Source: Camelus dromedarius (taxonomy: Eukaryota). From it: a stretch of DNA of 64,000 nt. Below the pieces are notes generated by a model, which worked only from the letters and a program-made list of their open reading frames with translations, did no database searches and was not told the DNA's origin. The DNA is taken from the NCBI RefSeq assembly GCF_036321535.1, contig NC_087438.1, positions 11,162,001-11,226,000 on the forward strand, written 5' to 3'. Both the position numbers and the translations under genes were made by a program. Positions 39,915 to 53,254 of the stretch are shown here, in pieces (the first letter of the stretch is position 1; each line of letters starts with the position of its first letter).

Positions 39915-40514
39915 GAGAACTGTGCAGTAGGGCACCACCGGGAAGCTGTATGAATTTTGTAAGTTCTGCTTTGCAAGCTCAACACATAACCAGTATGTAA
40001 AGACTCTCTTTTGGGGTAACCCAGATTTAAGTGGTGCTGTGAGGATGGGGTAGTGCTTTTTAGGAAACATTATGGGAACAGGGCTATTCTATTAGGAATA
40101 AACTACCAGTTTATAACCCACTCAACACATATGTACCGAGTGCCCATAATATGCCCAGCACAGTGCTTGCTTTGGAGGGGAGAGCAATGGATGGAATAGG
40201 TGTGTAATCTCCCCTCATAGGGTGAGGGTCCAGTGGAGAACACAGACATGATTGTTTGCAATCAACCTACATATTTTTAATGTCATTATTAAAAAAAAGC
40301 AGTCACACTGAAGAGCGATGAGGTTTTGTGAATCAGTATTTGGGAACATCACTTAATGATCCTATTTAAAAACTTAAAAACATACTGCATTTATGTTCAG
40401 TTCTATTTGTGTATGATACAGATTGTGTCTTGTTTTTCCTAGTGCTAACTACAATCCTTCACATGCAGTAGGTTTAGCAAGTAGTTGTTGAATTAAATTG
40501 AATTATTGATGAAG

Positions 40515-40750
40515 AATAAAAATAGGGAGGAGAGTTAATAGCTAACGTCTGTTATGTATCTATTATATGTATTTGCCTTATGAACAACTTACTTAATAAG
40601 CAACTGACTTATTTACCTCATTTTATTCTTGCTGTAAAATGTATATTTACTGATACGTTTTACAGATGGAGAAACTGAGATTCTCAGAAAGTATGGAAAT
40701 TTCCTTCATCTCAGCCAGCCAAGACGTGGGTCCAAGCAGTCTGCCTTCGG
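40515..40750 (-). mobile_element. MIR SINE
   Basis: Core ttttacagatggagaaactgaga. Confidence 0.7.
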
Positions 40751-41578
40751 CTCCACACCCTCCAGGGCAGCATCTCCTGCTTTAGCCCCACTTGCAGACC
40801 TCCTGCCACCTTAGGTGGATTTGTTTAAGAGGGCTGTGTTGAGATCATGTGCCTTCCTTCTTTTTCTTTTTAGTCATCACAGCCTCCAAGAGTCATGTAG
40901 ATAAGATGGGCTTTAATTGAGATTTTTGTTTAATGCCGTCTTTGTGCATCAAGGTAAAGAGAGTGACACTCCAATGTGGAATGACCGCTGATCAACTTAA
41001 GTCATTTCTATTCAATTCTTTCTTTAGCCTTTGGTTTGTAAGCTGAAACCACGTAAGTGGTTGGATCCCTTGCAGGGTCCTGTGTGCGCAGTTAAGCTGC
41101 GCTGGTACTTCACGGTTTTGCTTGTGTGGTGTTGGAGCGGGAACACCCCCTCCTGCGCCGTCTTCCTTGAGGCTGAAGCTCTTGCCCTTCCTAGAGAGAA
41201 CATGGACCATCTTCATGGAGTGGAGAAAGGGAATGTCCAGGGAAGCATCCTCTGGGTGTCCAGCTCCAGTCACAGCCCTGTAGGCTTCCGAAGAGCCGAG
41301 CTTGGCAGCAGGTGTGTGTTTGGATTCCCAGAGCCCTGTGCTGCCCCTTCAGCATCTGGGATGGGGGTGTTGGCAGCCCACCCCGAAGCTGCAGTGGGAT
41401 TGTAAGGAAATGTCTCTGGAGGAGCTGCTGACTCTCAGTGGCATTGCCTCTGGTTCTCTCTGGAAGAACTCTGTCCTGTACTCACCTGCTCCAACCATGG
41501 TACTAGGGATCTGATTTTGACTGGAAATGACAAGCACTCGAAGTTTCAAGGTTAAAAATCACAAGCAGCCAAAGCCAG

Positions 41579-42053
41579 CATCCTGTCACAGCAGTGTTAT
41601 CTGCAGTAGACACAAGATGGAAACACCCCAGGTGCCCATCGGTACACCCCCAAATGTGGTACCTACACACGATGGAATATTATTCAGCGATAAAACAGAA
41701 TGAAGTACTAATACAGGCTACAACCTGGATGAACCTTAAAAACATTGTAAGTGAAAAAAGCCAGACATGAAAGGATGAATTTTACATGATTCTACTTATA
41801 TGAAAGATCTAGAATAAGCTAATTCATCCAGACGGAAAGCAGATTAGAGGTTATCAGGGGCTGGGGTGGAGGGATGGGGAGATATTACATAATGGTACAG
41901 AATTTCTGTGTCAGGTAATGAAACAGTTTTGGAAACTGCAGTGATGGTTGCACAACATTGTGAATGGCATGGATGCCACTCAATTGTACATGTAAAAAAC
42001 AGTTAAAATGGCAAATTTTATGTTATATATCTAAATTTAAAGTAATGGAAAAA
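41579..42053 (+). mobile_element. L1MB-type LINE-1 3' end
   Basis: atggaatattattcagcgataaaa...tggatgaaccttaaaaacatt...gtgatggttgcacaacattgtgaatg...gttaaaatggcaaattttatgttat. Confidence 0.9.
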
Positions 42054-43891
42054 AGGCCAGAAACCCGAACCAGATCTGGCCTCTCTTAGCCATGAGGCAA
42101 ATACTAAAAAGTGTCCTTGACTTTTCTCAGGCTGGGCATAAACCTGTGAGAACCGCGGCCTCTCAGGAGAAGGGCCCAGCACGCCGCCTCAGCGTGAAGT
42201 TGGTGCTCCATTAACATAGCTGGTTCCCTGTCTCTGCCCTGGGCCACCCCCGCTTCCCACCTGTGCATTCTGCTTAGTGGCCTTGTGTCCATTTATTAGG
42301 TGCTTTGGGAAACTGAGGTAAAGAAAGTACCAGTTAGGATATTAAAAAGCTTGAAAGGAAAAACAAAACATGAGCCTGAGAGTTCTCTCTTCCCTTTGCT
42401 TTCTTCCTCTTGTCCCCCTTAGACTGTACTTCCAGTCTTCACCAGGAGCGCACAAAAAGTCGAAGCAAAGCTGATGACACAATCTACTGTTTTTCACTCA
42501 CAGTCAAGGACAGCAGGGGCTCAGATTTGATTCCTCCTCGTTTCACTCTGCTTTTCTCTCTACTTCAGCATCTTCCATGCTGGGGAACTCCTCTATTAAA
42601 TCTCTCCCCGTTGGCCTGAAGGAGCTAATATGCTTTCACAATATGTGTTCAGTTTCTTTCCAGAAACTAATATGCACCTGGGCCAGGGATTAAGCCAGAT
42701 CATTCTTTGAGATAACTATTATTATTATTCTGTATATGCAGACATTTGAACTGTGGATCAAAGAAGATAAACTATCTCAAGATAACAATCAGGAAAATAA
42801 CAGTGAATTCAACACACAAACATGACCTGCTGCTCCCTTGATCTAATTCTGAGATATTGAAGAAAAAATTCTCTTTCCTTTGGTGTGGACATTTAATATT
42901 AAATCAAGCTCTCATGGTGCACCAACAGTCACTCGGAAACAAGGTACCCCAGAGAAACAGGAAGCAAGGGGCCGAGGCCCCACATGGGTTCACGTGCTTC
43001 CTTGTGGATTTCATATCAGAAGTCTGCGGCTGAAATCCGCAGGAATGAATTCAATGCACATAATCTGGAATTGATAAAGGCAGTCAGTTCTGCAACTGAT
43101 TTCTTGGAATCTCAAGACTGTTAGAAATCATAGGACCCTGTTGATTCATCTTTTGGTCACTTATTGATTGATCTTTTCTATTTCTCCCTTTACCTTCCTC
43201 CATATTATCAATAAATAGCAATGGAATGTCTGCTTTGTTTTAAATATCTGCATTTGCAACATCAGCCTGGGCCCTGGGAGCAAGAAGAGAGAAGAAACTT
43301 AGTGTTGCAGTTTTATATATGGCATTTTAAAATTAAAATAGACTTAAAATCCCCCTCTAATAGGATCCCTATTTAATGAATATTCTTCTTTTCTTCAGAC
43401 ATTGGGAAAACCTGGCACCCTCTAACAGAGAGCCTGAAGGAATGCATGATTGGAATCATACTTTTTTGCTGATATTCCTGGGTTAACAGCATTCCCCAGT
43501 AACAAATGATTGACCCGCTAACTAACTTGTCCATACTGTGGTTCAGGATTACACGTGTGTGTGTTCACCTGTCACTGACAACACTTAGCCACCTCAGTGC
43601 GTTATTAGTCTTCGCTTGCTTTGATGTTTATATATTTGATACCTAATTGTTTATTTAGTTGCCCTCATTTGGACCTTTAGCCCACTTGGAAAGAAATTCA
43701 GTAAAGAATAAAATTTTATTTTACCAAATCCAACAGGCACACTTTGGATATGCTAACAACCCCTAATGGGGGTTTTGGCCATTGATCAAATAAACAAACT
43801 TTCATGTAGCAGTTGGATGGAGAGCAGAATTGCCAACTGTGTTTATGCTTGAGGGGTTTTGCTGGATGTGTAAGGCATGTGTAATTTCACT

Positions 43892-43990
43892 TATATGCAT
43901 ATATAATATTTACTATATATGTAGTATATATAATATTTATACTATATATATGCATATATAATATTTACTTACTATTATATATGCATATAA
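43892..43990. repeat. AT-rich imperfect tandem repeat
   Basis: tatatgcatatataatattta-like unit repeated 3-4 times. Confidence 0.85.
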
Positions 43991-44079
43991 TAGCAAAATA
44001 TGATTAGTGTTTTAAGTTTTCATTTCTTGTTTCCTGATACAAATTGAACTGTGATAAACGGGTCAATATGAAACAGTCA

Positions 44080-44350
44080 CGCGTGGTGGGCTCTCACCGG
44101 CACTGGACGTGATTGACTGGTTTACAAGCCATCGCTCACCGCAACCTCTCCCAAACCCTGTAAGATGGGTACAGCTCACCTATTTTTAGTAGAGGAAGTA
44201 GGTAGTTGGTTTTTGGTTAGTTTTTATCCCTGTTTTATGGATGGAGACAATAAAGCTCAGAGAGTTTGAGGGATCTTCTCGCGGGCATGGTGCACGGAAG
44301 GGGTGGATATGGAATTTAAACTCACGTGGGTCTGACACCATGACACACCG
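44080..44350 (-). mobile_element. MIR SINE
   Basis: accctgtaagatgggt...atccctgttttatggatggagacaataaagctcagagagttt...ggaatttaaactc. Confidence 0.7.
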
Positions 44351-44377
44351 TCTGTGTCCACCCGGCCAGGCTGTAAT

Positions 44378-44877
44378 ACCCAGCTGTGTCATCAGACACT
44401 AGTCAAGGTGTTGCCATGAGGGCATTTTGTAGATGTGGTTAACGTCTGCAGTCATAACTTTTAGAGAAGTTACCTTCGATAATGACTGTTGATCGGATAG
44501 TGGGCCTTCAGTCCAATCACTTGAAGGGCTTCAAAGTGCAATGTGAGATTTACTGTAAAAGAAGGAATTCTGCCTCAAGACTGCAGTGTTAACTCCCACC
44601 TGAGTTTGCATCCAGCTGCTGGCCTGCCTACGTGACAGATTTCCAACTTGTCAGCTCCAACTATTATGTGAGCCAATTCCTTTAAATATCTCTTTCTAAT
44701 TCTGTGTTTCTATATATTATATCTACACATATATCCTACATATATGTATATATAATATATATATATATTTATAAAAATGAATTTCTAATTTCCCCTGGTC
44801 CTTCCATGTATCTTGATAGGAAATATTTATGTATCTCTTATCAGTTCTGTTTCTCTGGAGAAGCCTGACTGATGCAG
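44378..44877 (+). mobile_element. MLT2-family LTR with internal (TA)n
   Basis: aaggaattctgcctcaagactgcag...atgtgagccaattcctt...cagttctgtttctctggagaagcctgactgatgca. Confidence 0.88.
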
Positions 44878-45129
44878 ACAGCAAGGCACGGGCACCATGA
44901 CACCCATTTGCAAAAGTTGAAAGAGGTTTCCATCTCTGTGTTACAGGAGAGGAAACAAGATTTAGAGTTTGAGAGACTTGCTCATGGATACACGTGCAAC
45001 TTGGAAATGGTAGAGCTGGGTTTTGAACACTCAAAACCACAAATTGCTCCAATTGTACGAGAAGTGGGCAGCCATGCTGGTTGTAGGACAGAGTGGCCCA
45101 CATTTATTAAGCACATGTCTGTGTGAGAG

Positions 45130-45380
45130 TCACTGGGCTGAGCTCTTTGCCTGGCCTTACTGGGTTCTTGGGGCAGCTTTATGTGGAGGTGAAGGCGTTG
45201 GTCACCAGGAGAAGCTACTGCATGCTTCTCAGACCCGGCAGAGCTGATCACTCGGAGGGCTTGTTGACACACGGGTGGCTGAGCTCTACCCCTAGTTTCC
45301 CATTTAAGGGCAAGGGAATTAAGCTCCCCCTTTTGCAGCGGCGTTGACACGGAATTTGTAGATAGATTTTAAAACCATCA
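45130..45380 (-). mobile_element. MLT1F-like LTR fragment containing a short MER5A-like piece
   Basis: Ends ggaatttgtagatagattttaaaaccatcaca; tcactcggagggcttgttgacacac at about 45248-45300 resembles MER5A. Confidence 0.55.
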
Positions 45381-46473
45381 CACCTCAGTCCTTACTGGTG
45401 TTGGTGTCCTCTCAGATCTGGCTGTGCCTCCCCTTCAGCCCTGAGGTGGTGATTGGCCCTTGTTCTGGCTGCGGAGGCATCACACCCAGAGTACTGACTC
45501 CCCCAGGCAAGTCCCTAACAGACTGTCCTCTACTTGGGGTCCTGTCGATGCCACAAGGGAACCCAGGTGACTCCAGGAAGTTGCACCTCAGGACTTCTCT
45601 GAGCCCAACCAGACTACCCTGCAGCCTGACTTGGCCATGCGTCTAGTTGGTGCTGGGGCATCTAATAGGGGGGGACCACACCCTTCTGTCCCCAGAGCTA
45701 CTGTTCCATGTCTAACCCATCTTCCCTTCTCTCAGAGGAAGCCCAGAGAGGAAAAACAAGGATGTGATCTGGGTACGTCTTACCCATGCCTCCCCTTCCC
45801 CTGGTCCTTTCCAGGTTTTTCCAGGTTTCCCTAGGTTGGGCTTCCTGCCCCATCTTCTGACCACTTCCCTCTGGTCTGGAATTCCTTTATATAGAACTCC
45901 AGGGTTGAACTGAAAGATCTGGCCCTTGATTTGCTAAAGGAGGTGAGAAATGGATGCAGTTCCTTCCTAAAACAATAGCTTGGCTTACAAGAACACTTAT
46001 ACTGCAGATTTGTTTCTGACTGTTAGAAGCTGAATATCACCTTGTTCTTTACCTCTGAGTTTCTCCTATAGCATGTTTTCTGTAAGCTCCGCTCTCCCCT
46101 GCTGGACCCAACACACACACCCTTTTCCTCTCCACTTGAACTCACTAAAGAAATGGTTATGCTTCCAGAAGCAAGGCAGAAGAGAAGGGCATGTTAATAG
46201 TATCCAAAATACAAGCCCTGTTACACTAAGATTTATAAAATACTTTCTAAATGCACTATCCTAACTGATATATCTGCATTATTTTATTTAATCTGACTCC
46301 ACCTTGTTTAGGGTTGAAAAAAACTAAAGCATCAAGGGGTTTAATAATTTACTCACTACTAGTAAGTGGCAAATCCAGATATAAACCCTGGCTTCCTGAC
46401 TCTAGATCCTGCACTTAAGTGTATGTGAAAGCTGGCTACACGCTGTGAAACCAGATTTAATTCAAGATTATAT

Positions 46474-47058
46474 GAACTTGACTCTCACTATTTTTGGATT
46501 GCATATTTGTGAATTTGCCTACCAGCTGAAATTTATTTGTAATTCCAGATCAGGACTCATGATGCTTTCATGGCCATCCTTGGACGTACACAGGGAGGTG
46601 AAGAATTTGAGTCTGCAGGTGTGCAGGATCTGGGGTTGACAAGATGCCTTCTTGTTTCAACTCTCGTGCTATAAATAAGTGTCCTTCTTATAGTCTGTTT
46701 GGTGCCACTTATTTTGCATTTTTGTGCTTTTTCTTGGTGATTTCACTATTTGAAATGGCCCCCAATGGTAGTGCTGAAGAGCTGTCTAATATTCCTACAT
46801 GCAAGAAGGCTGTGATGGGCTTTGCATGTAGGCTTGAGTTACTGTGCTGTTGGCCTTGAGTTCAGTGCTAATGAATGAACAGTATTTATTAAAGTGTCTA
46901 AAAACACACATACAACAAGGTTATGTGTTGATGGGTTGACGAAACTGTGATCAGAGGCTCACAGACACCTAATCCTGTGTTTTCTCTTGGAGCACTGATT
47001 CCATGCTGTTAATTCTGTGTTTGCAGTGACTTCGTAGACCATCACCAGAATTGATTGT
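46474..47058 (+). mobile_element. MER82-like TcMar-Tigger DNA transposon
   Basis: gaatttgcctaccagctgaaatttatttgtaa...tgccttcttgtttcaactctc...aaatggcccccaatggtagtgctgaag...caagaaggctgtgatg. Confidence 0.85.
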
Positions 47059-47141
47059 ATCTATCTCTGTATTATCTTGCTTTAATTATTTAATTCCTTA
47101 AATACTCAGGCATTTAAAAATGTTTTACTTATCAAAAGGTG

Positions 47142-47400
47142 CACATTCTTAATGGAGGTGATTGCATCCCCAAGAGAACAAAAGTTGGGTTCTTGGTTGA
47201 GGGGTGGTGAAAATTCTTACTTATTTTGTATGTAAAAAGCAGATATATATGTGTGTGTGTGTGTATAGATGTACACACAGCACATATAAGATCTACAGTA
47301 TATTTGTGGTGTTACAATTTCATTTGAAGGTTGATAAGGAAAAACGTCTAAAAAGTTTCCTTGGCGGGAGGGCAATCATGAAACAGTCGCAGGGCATAGT
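47142..47400. mobile_element. hAT-Charlie-type non-autonomous element
   Basis: ttcttaatggaggtgattgcatcccc...aaaaacgtctaaaaagtttccttggcgggagggc resembles old Charlie MITEs; subfamily uncertain. Confidence 0.5.
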
Positions 47401-48940
47401 GAGTAATATGAGGAAGCATCTGAAGTGTCTACTAGACTGCACAACACAGCATACACCCTCAGTGCTCGCTGTTATTGGAAATATCATTAATGATACCATT
47501 TGTTTCCCCAATCTTTCCTTTCTTGATAGGCTAGAGTTTCTTAAATTGGAGATTGGGGTCATCCTGAGGAGTCTGCACACCCATTTTCAGATCTGCCTGA
47601 AATTTCCTCTCAAATGTGTTGTTTTCTTTTGTGCTTTCATTGTTACAATAATCTTGAAAATAATAATTGTAGACTGGTTTCCCTCTGTAACAGGCTTCTC
47701 CCACCAGAGTTCATTGTTCAAGTGGGCCCCTGTCTTTTAAGGAAGGAGCTGGGCTTCAGTGGTTATAAGCTAATAAGGAATAAAAGAAGAGCAGGCTTAA
47801 AACACGTGAGTGATACAGTCAGATCAAGTGAGGACCAACTGACATGCGTCCCGCTGTGGCAGGGAGGACTCCCTGAGTTTGGTGGAGGGAAGTGGTGCGC
47901 ATGGCCGAGTCCTCCCAGGGCCTGGGGTAGCTGGGCGTGCCGAAACCAAGAGCACGTTGGCTTCAGCAGCCAGTATGCAGTCTGCGTTTTGAAAGGCAAT
48001 GTAATTTCAGCAAAATAATATCATCTGCCATGTTAAATGAATGCTGTTAATTTGAATTTTATGGGTTGTATTGTTTTGGTGTCCAGTTCGTTATTTTGTT
48101 TTGGTCTTATTGTTGAATCAAATCTAAGGCAGATGGAGTTCATTTCTAGCTTTCCATCACTGTGCGTCACTAGGTAACAATACAGTACAAATAATTTCTG
48201 TGTGTTAGCGGTGCACAGCAATGCTTTTCTTGCCATATTACAGGGAGGGTTCGCATTACTCAGGTTTGAGGAGAATGATTCTGGACTCATAGAATCATAG
48301 ACTGTTTGAGTTGCTGGGAATCACTTAGTCCAAACATGTCCACTATTGGATTTGGGCCCAGAGCTTCCTGGGGGAGAAGTGAGGGTCCAAGGTCTAAAAG
48401 CAAGAGCAGCAGACTAAGGTCAGAGGCCACGCTGACATACTTCTAACTGGGCATCTGGTCCAACTTGTCAACCCCCCACCAAAGGTGAACCATGGCTGGT
48501 AAATGGTGCTGCCTGACACACATAAATGACGATACAGTGTTGGAGGGTTTCTCACCATCTCTGCTAACCCTGAGGGAGGAGGATGTGGAATGGGCAGAGA
48601 GGATGGGAATAGCAGACTTGTTTCAGAGTCACAATGAGCCGTGCGCAGTGGTGAGAAGAAACAGCAGCCATGTACTTCCCTGCCCGGGTGATACCCCCAT
48701 GAACTTGGATGGTTCCATTAGCAGCATTAGCAAACAAAAATCCTGAAGCTTCTTCAAATGAAGCTCATTTTCTACTTTGTCCTTTTATAGACTGTTTGCT
48801 TTCCCCACCTAACTGGGGTGTGTACCATTGTGCAGGGGAGACTATTGTAAAGCAGTGTTTCTCAGCTGCGTGTAAGAGTTTATTTAGATCATAACTTGTG
48901 GAGCGAAAAGAGTTCATTTGGGATATAATTGGCTGGTCCT

Positions 48941-49352
48941 TGTTTTAGTTTTCTAGGTCCGCATAACACATTACTGTGAATTTAGCTGCAGCTTAACACG
49001 ACATACATCTATTATCCCACTGTTTCCTTGGGTCAGAATTCTGGGCTTGGATCAGCTGGGTCTTTTGTTCAGGATCTTGCAAAGCTGCAGTCAAGGTGTT
49101 GGCCAGGGCTGCTTTCTCTTCTGAGGTTGGGGTTCTCTACTATGCTTACGTGGGGCTGGTAGAATTCATTTCTTTGCAGCTGTAGAACTCATGGTGACTT
49201 GCTTCTTCAAGACTAGCAGGAAGGGTCTCTCTCTTTTAGACTCTTTAAAAGGGTTTACTTATATGTTTAGGTCAGGATCACCCAGGATAATCACCCATTT
49301 GATTAAAGTCAAACTGCTATAGGAAATTTAATTACAGCTGCACAATCCTCCC
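48941..49352 (-). mobile_element. MLT1E-like MaLR LTR
   Basis: gctgcagtcaaggtgttggccagggctgc...agaattcatttctttgcagctgtag...ggtcaggatcacccaggataatc...taattacagctgcacaatcc. Confidence 0.8.
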
Positions 49353-49895
49353 CTTGTGGGGAGAGGCATCCCTGTTTGAGAAGTACTGCATTAGAAAGAC
49401 AAAGTGGGTTTAATGAAGAATCCATTAAAGCAGGGAATTTGTTTTTTAAGGTGATGCAGCTATCTGGAGCCAACAGACTCTTGTTCTTTGGATAATGCCT
49501 CAGTCTTAGATTTGCTTTTGTCCTTTACTAGGAAATGTACAGTTTATAGTTGCAAATAAAACATTAATACTGTAGATGTGTTTCCCACATGTGCTTTCTT
49601 ATTCACATGTATGCCAAGATGAGATTACATTATCATAGTTGACTATGTTTTATAATCTTGTCTGAGTTTATAGTCAAGGCATATTATAATAGGGCTTTCA
49701 TTCTCCTATAATGTGGGTTAGGTATTTCCCATAAGATATTTAATACATAAGGCAAGAAATCTAATAAACTCCACTCTTGGTATTATGACTCCTTTCTTGG
49801 AAACAAGTGATACGGCTTGGTATGGGCTGGAGCAGAAGGCACGGTCCAGTTCTGAAATTACAAAACACAAAACTGCTCTTTCTTCTTTTTTCTAG

Positions 49896-49985
49896 GCAAA
49901 GGCAGCTCAAGCATCTCATCCGACGTGAGTTCAAGTACTGATCACACGCCAACCCAAGCCCAGAAGAATGTGGCCACCAGCGAAG
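49896..49985 (+). CDS. FBXL7: FBXL7 (F-box and leucine-rich repeat protein 7) internal coding exon 2, 90 nt, phase 1-1
   Basis: Strong acceptor (ctgctctttcttcttttttctag|GC) and donor (GAAG|gtaggc). Translation (G)KGSSSISSDVSSSTDHTPTQAQKNVATSE matches the recalled FBXL7 N-terminus MGANNGKQYGSEGKGSSSISSDVSSSTDHTPTKAQKNVATSEDSD with one difference. Confidence 0.96.
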
Positions 49986-52939
49986 GTAGGCATCTGGTCT
50001 CCCTTGTCTCTTGCCCTCTGCACAGTGCTGGCTATGTTTGGAAGACATATGGAATGTGTGAGTCTCAGTCCTGCTCGACCTAGTGGGAGCATATGAGGTT
50101 CCTTAAAATGAGAAGGCAGAGGTTTTCCCAGGTGTCCTTTGTGTTGCATTGCTGTCACTGTCTACTACAGTTGTTTTGGTGCGATTTAAATGTCTCAGTT
50201 CGAAGACAAATGCTATTATTTTGTGAAAATATAATGGGCTGGCTTTTGGAAAGCCTTTATGATGTATCTTGGGTTTTTTTTTCAGTACAGAAAACATTAT
50301 GATTGCAAAATCCTTGGGCTGCAGTTGAAAGTTCCTGCAAGAACTTTCAAAATAAGCACACCTGGAATTCAGGATTTTGACCAGGGGAAGGTCATAGTCA
50401 TGTGATTTGTAGAACTTGAACTAATCACTGGTCCTGGGAGAGGAAAAGAGGTTTATTTGATTATTTAGAGAATTAAGTGAAGAGTCCTGCTTGTCAGGAC
50501 AAGGATTGTCTGCATTGATATTCTTGATAAAGAATTTGACTATATGTAATAACACGTGTTGGAATTCAGTTGCTTCCCAATGGTTGAGAAACTTTTCAGT
50601 TATCACTTACTTGTTTGCGTATGGAAACGGTTGTTTCCGTGGTAGTTATTTAGTGGAAAGTTGACTGAATTATGGAATCAGGTCCTTTTATTTTGATGTT
50701 AAACACAATTAAATGCCTTAAATGACTTCTCTGAAGAAGAATTCTTTCTAAATAAATTGTTGAATGGAGGTCAAGGTGAAACATTATTGCCATTTATAAC
50801 ATGAGGTGTCAGCTGATTTTCTCATGACACTGTGTAGAGCCTACTTTCCTAAAGTGTACAGCATGTTGTGGAAACACACTTTCAGTCCTTGTTTCAGTGG
50901 CTTAGCTTCTGCTGCTTATAGTGTTAGGAAGAGGAATCATGACCTGGTGTCGGTCATCTCAGCCATTTGATTGCTCCTGATCTGCATTATAGTTTATGCA
51001 TTAATGGTGATGGTTTACCTCTGTTATATGTGTCTTCTCTTTGGGTATTCTCTGACTTGGAGTGGTTCAAATAAGTATTATCTTCTCTGGGTTAATTATC
51101 CCCAGGCTGATGGATAAATAGCTTTTACAACTGGATGATATTCCCTTGTGTTTAATGCCTTAGCATTGTAGCATTGTTTTAACAACAAGGTATGGCACAC
51201 AGATAGGGGGCTTCTCTTTAGTGCAGTGAAGCACCAGGTAGCAATCCAACTTTAATTTTCTGCCTGTTAATTCAAATACGGGGATTAGATCATTCTTGAA
51301 ATTCACTTAAGGTAATGTGCAAATCAGCTAAACTGATTCTAGACATTAGCTTTCATTCTTAGAAGCCAGAGTGGAAATTACTTCAGTTTAATTTATTTAT
51401 GATCTGCTGTAATCAGAAATCTATGTTTTGTAATAAGATTACCAGTTCTTTCCACCATTATTTCGCAGTCCCTCTTGTCACAGTAATTTGTCTAATTTGA
51501 GTGGCTGTGACAAGAGAAAGTTAAAAGTATGTGAAGTCATTCCTCTCTGTTTCCCTGTCCGGATTTATGTTCTCTTAATATTTTTTCCCCACTTTTCACA
51601 TACAGAAAATGCAAAAATATATGAGCTCTGTTGCAAAGGTTGGGGGACGGGACTGTGGGGTATCATGCATTAAAAAAAGTTTGCTTTTCATGCTTCAAAA
51701 AATACTATAGGGATTTATTTTTTTAATTTTGTACTTTACCTTTTTCTTAGGAAGATTCTTTTGGTGTAGGCCCAGTCAGTGTTTTATACACTTTTGTCCC
51801 AATGCATTTTCAGGAGAGAAAAATGGGAAAATGTAATGTTCATTTGAAACAGAATTTTTAGCAATGGGGCTAAATTAGCATGGAATTTTTTTCTCAGCTC
51901 TTAAGTAGAAGAGCCTCATCCTTATGAAAGATGCTCTCCACTCTCTGCTTATCTGAAAAATTTAGAAAGAATGTGTTGTTTTGCTGTTTATTTGTGTGAA
52001 TCCATTTTTGCTACTGTTTTTCAAGCAATGAAAATTAAAAATCTTAAAAAATGAATTAAGTGTGGGTATTAGTTACATTAAAATGTGTTTCAGGGCTATT
52101 TGCTGTGAAATGGTCTCCTATTACCAGTCTGATTTTTCAAGATGGGAGTCCAGTAGCCGGTGCTGATTGTCTCAGTGCACAAGTGACAGAGCCTGGGTCT
52201 GCCTGTCAGGATGAGAGATTAGGGCATCACGTTCTCTGACCTACTCAGGGTGGATTTACCCAATGGCACACATGTCTCCTCCTACTAGAAAGCACCTAGG
52301 GAACCACTGTGTGCAACACACTGACAAAAGAACACAGAAGGTGGACATTGATTTCTTACCCACTCTACAGATGAGCACGTGTAAAAATGCTTCTCTGATT
52401 CTCTTTCTACCGTTTCTACAACTATGTGTAACCTTTGATGCTAAGAAAATATTGGGTGATTAGTGTACCTAGCTTTCTGGAAGCTGTTTGATTATGGTTA
52501 TTTTCTTGGATTCTTTGACCGTCTCCTGATTTTTTCACCTCTGAATTCATAGATATTGTCTTCAAGAAGCACAGGCAGGATCTTCAGTTGAAAGATCTGA
52601 GTGATACTGATTTCTAAACATGGTATATATTGTGAAGGATGTTACTCAGTTTTCCCTGCAGCTTTTGAAACTTTGGCCAAACCTAGAAGAGCTGGGTTGG
52701 AAGCATTTTGGAGCAGCATTGGACTTCTCCCTGATGGGCTGGATGGGGAAGGCATTACACTGCTTCTCTGCTGGTGGGGTGTGTGCGTGTGTGTCTGTGT
52801 GTGCACCTGTGTGCATTTGTGTCCAACCTCCACAGGACAGCTAATGGCCCAGGCATTGTCTCATACTGGGAAACATGTAGGTAACCAGTCTATGCAACAT
52901 TTGCTGGTAAATAAACCGAGGACATGGGAGTGGAGGGGA

Positions 52940-53122
52940 GAGAAGGACATTGACATGATATGCATTAACCTGGGAGTGGCCTTGGGAATGGTGATTAACT
53001 GTCAACAGGCACATGGGATCTCACTGGGGAGATGACGATATTCTAAAATTGGATTGTGGGGATAGTTACACAGCTCAGCAAGTTGACTAAAACTCATTGA
53101 ATTTTACACATGAAAATGGGCT
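52940..53122 (+). mobile_element. L1ME 3' UTR fragment
   Basis: gatattctaaaattggattgtggggatagttacacag...ctaaaactcattgaattttacac. Confidence 0.7.
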
Positions 53123-53254
53123 TGGAGGAGCTGCTGCCTGACCTTCAACTCATATCTAAACCATCATAAACTATTCTGCTGCCTCCCAGCTCTGAAAGGA
53201 GGTCATGAACAGTGGTGAGAGGATGTCTTGACCTGCACAAAGTACAAAGCTGCC

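Larger units (their letters stand above)
1..49895 (+). other. FBXL7: FBXL7 intron upstream of exon 2 (3' part of intron 1)
   Basis: Repeat-rich non-coding DNA ending at the exon acceptor; no exon 1 (MGANNGKQYGSE) or CpG island seen in the window. Confidence 0.85.

Noticed and set aside
43381..43490. Strong splice acceptor tattcttcttttcttcag
   Set aside because: No convincing downstream donor and no recognisable peptide.
47204..47740. 178-aa ORF
   Set aside because: Starts within a degenerate DNA transposon and simple repeat; no recognisable product.
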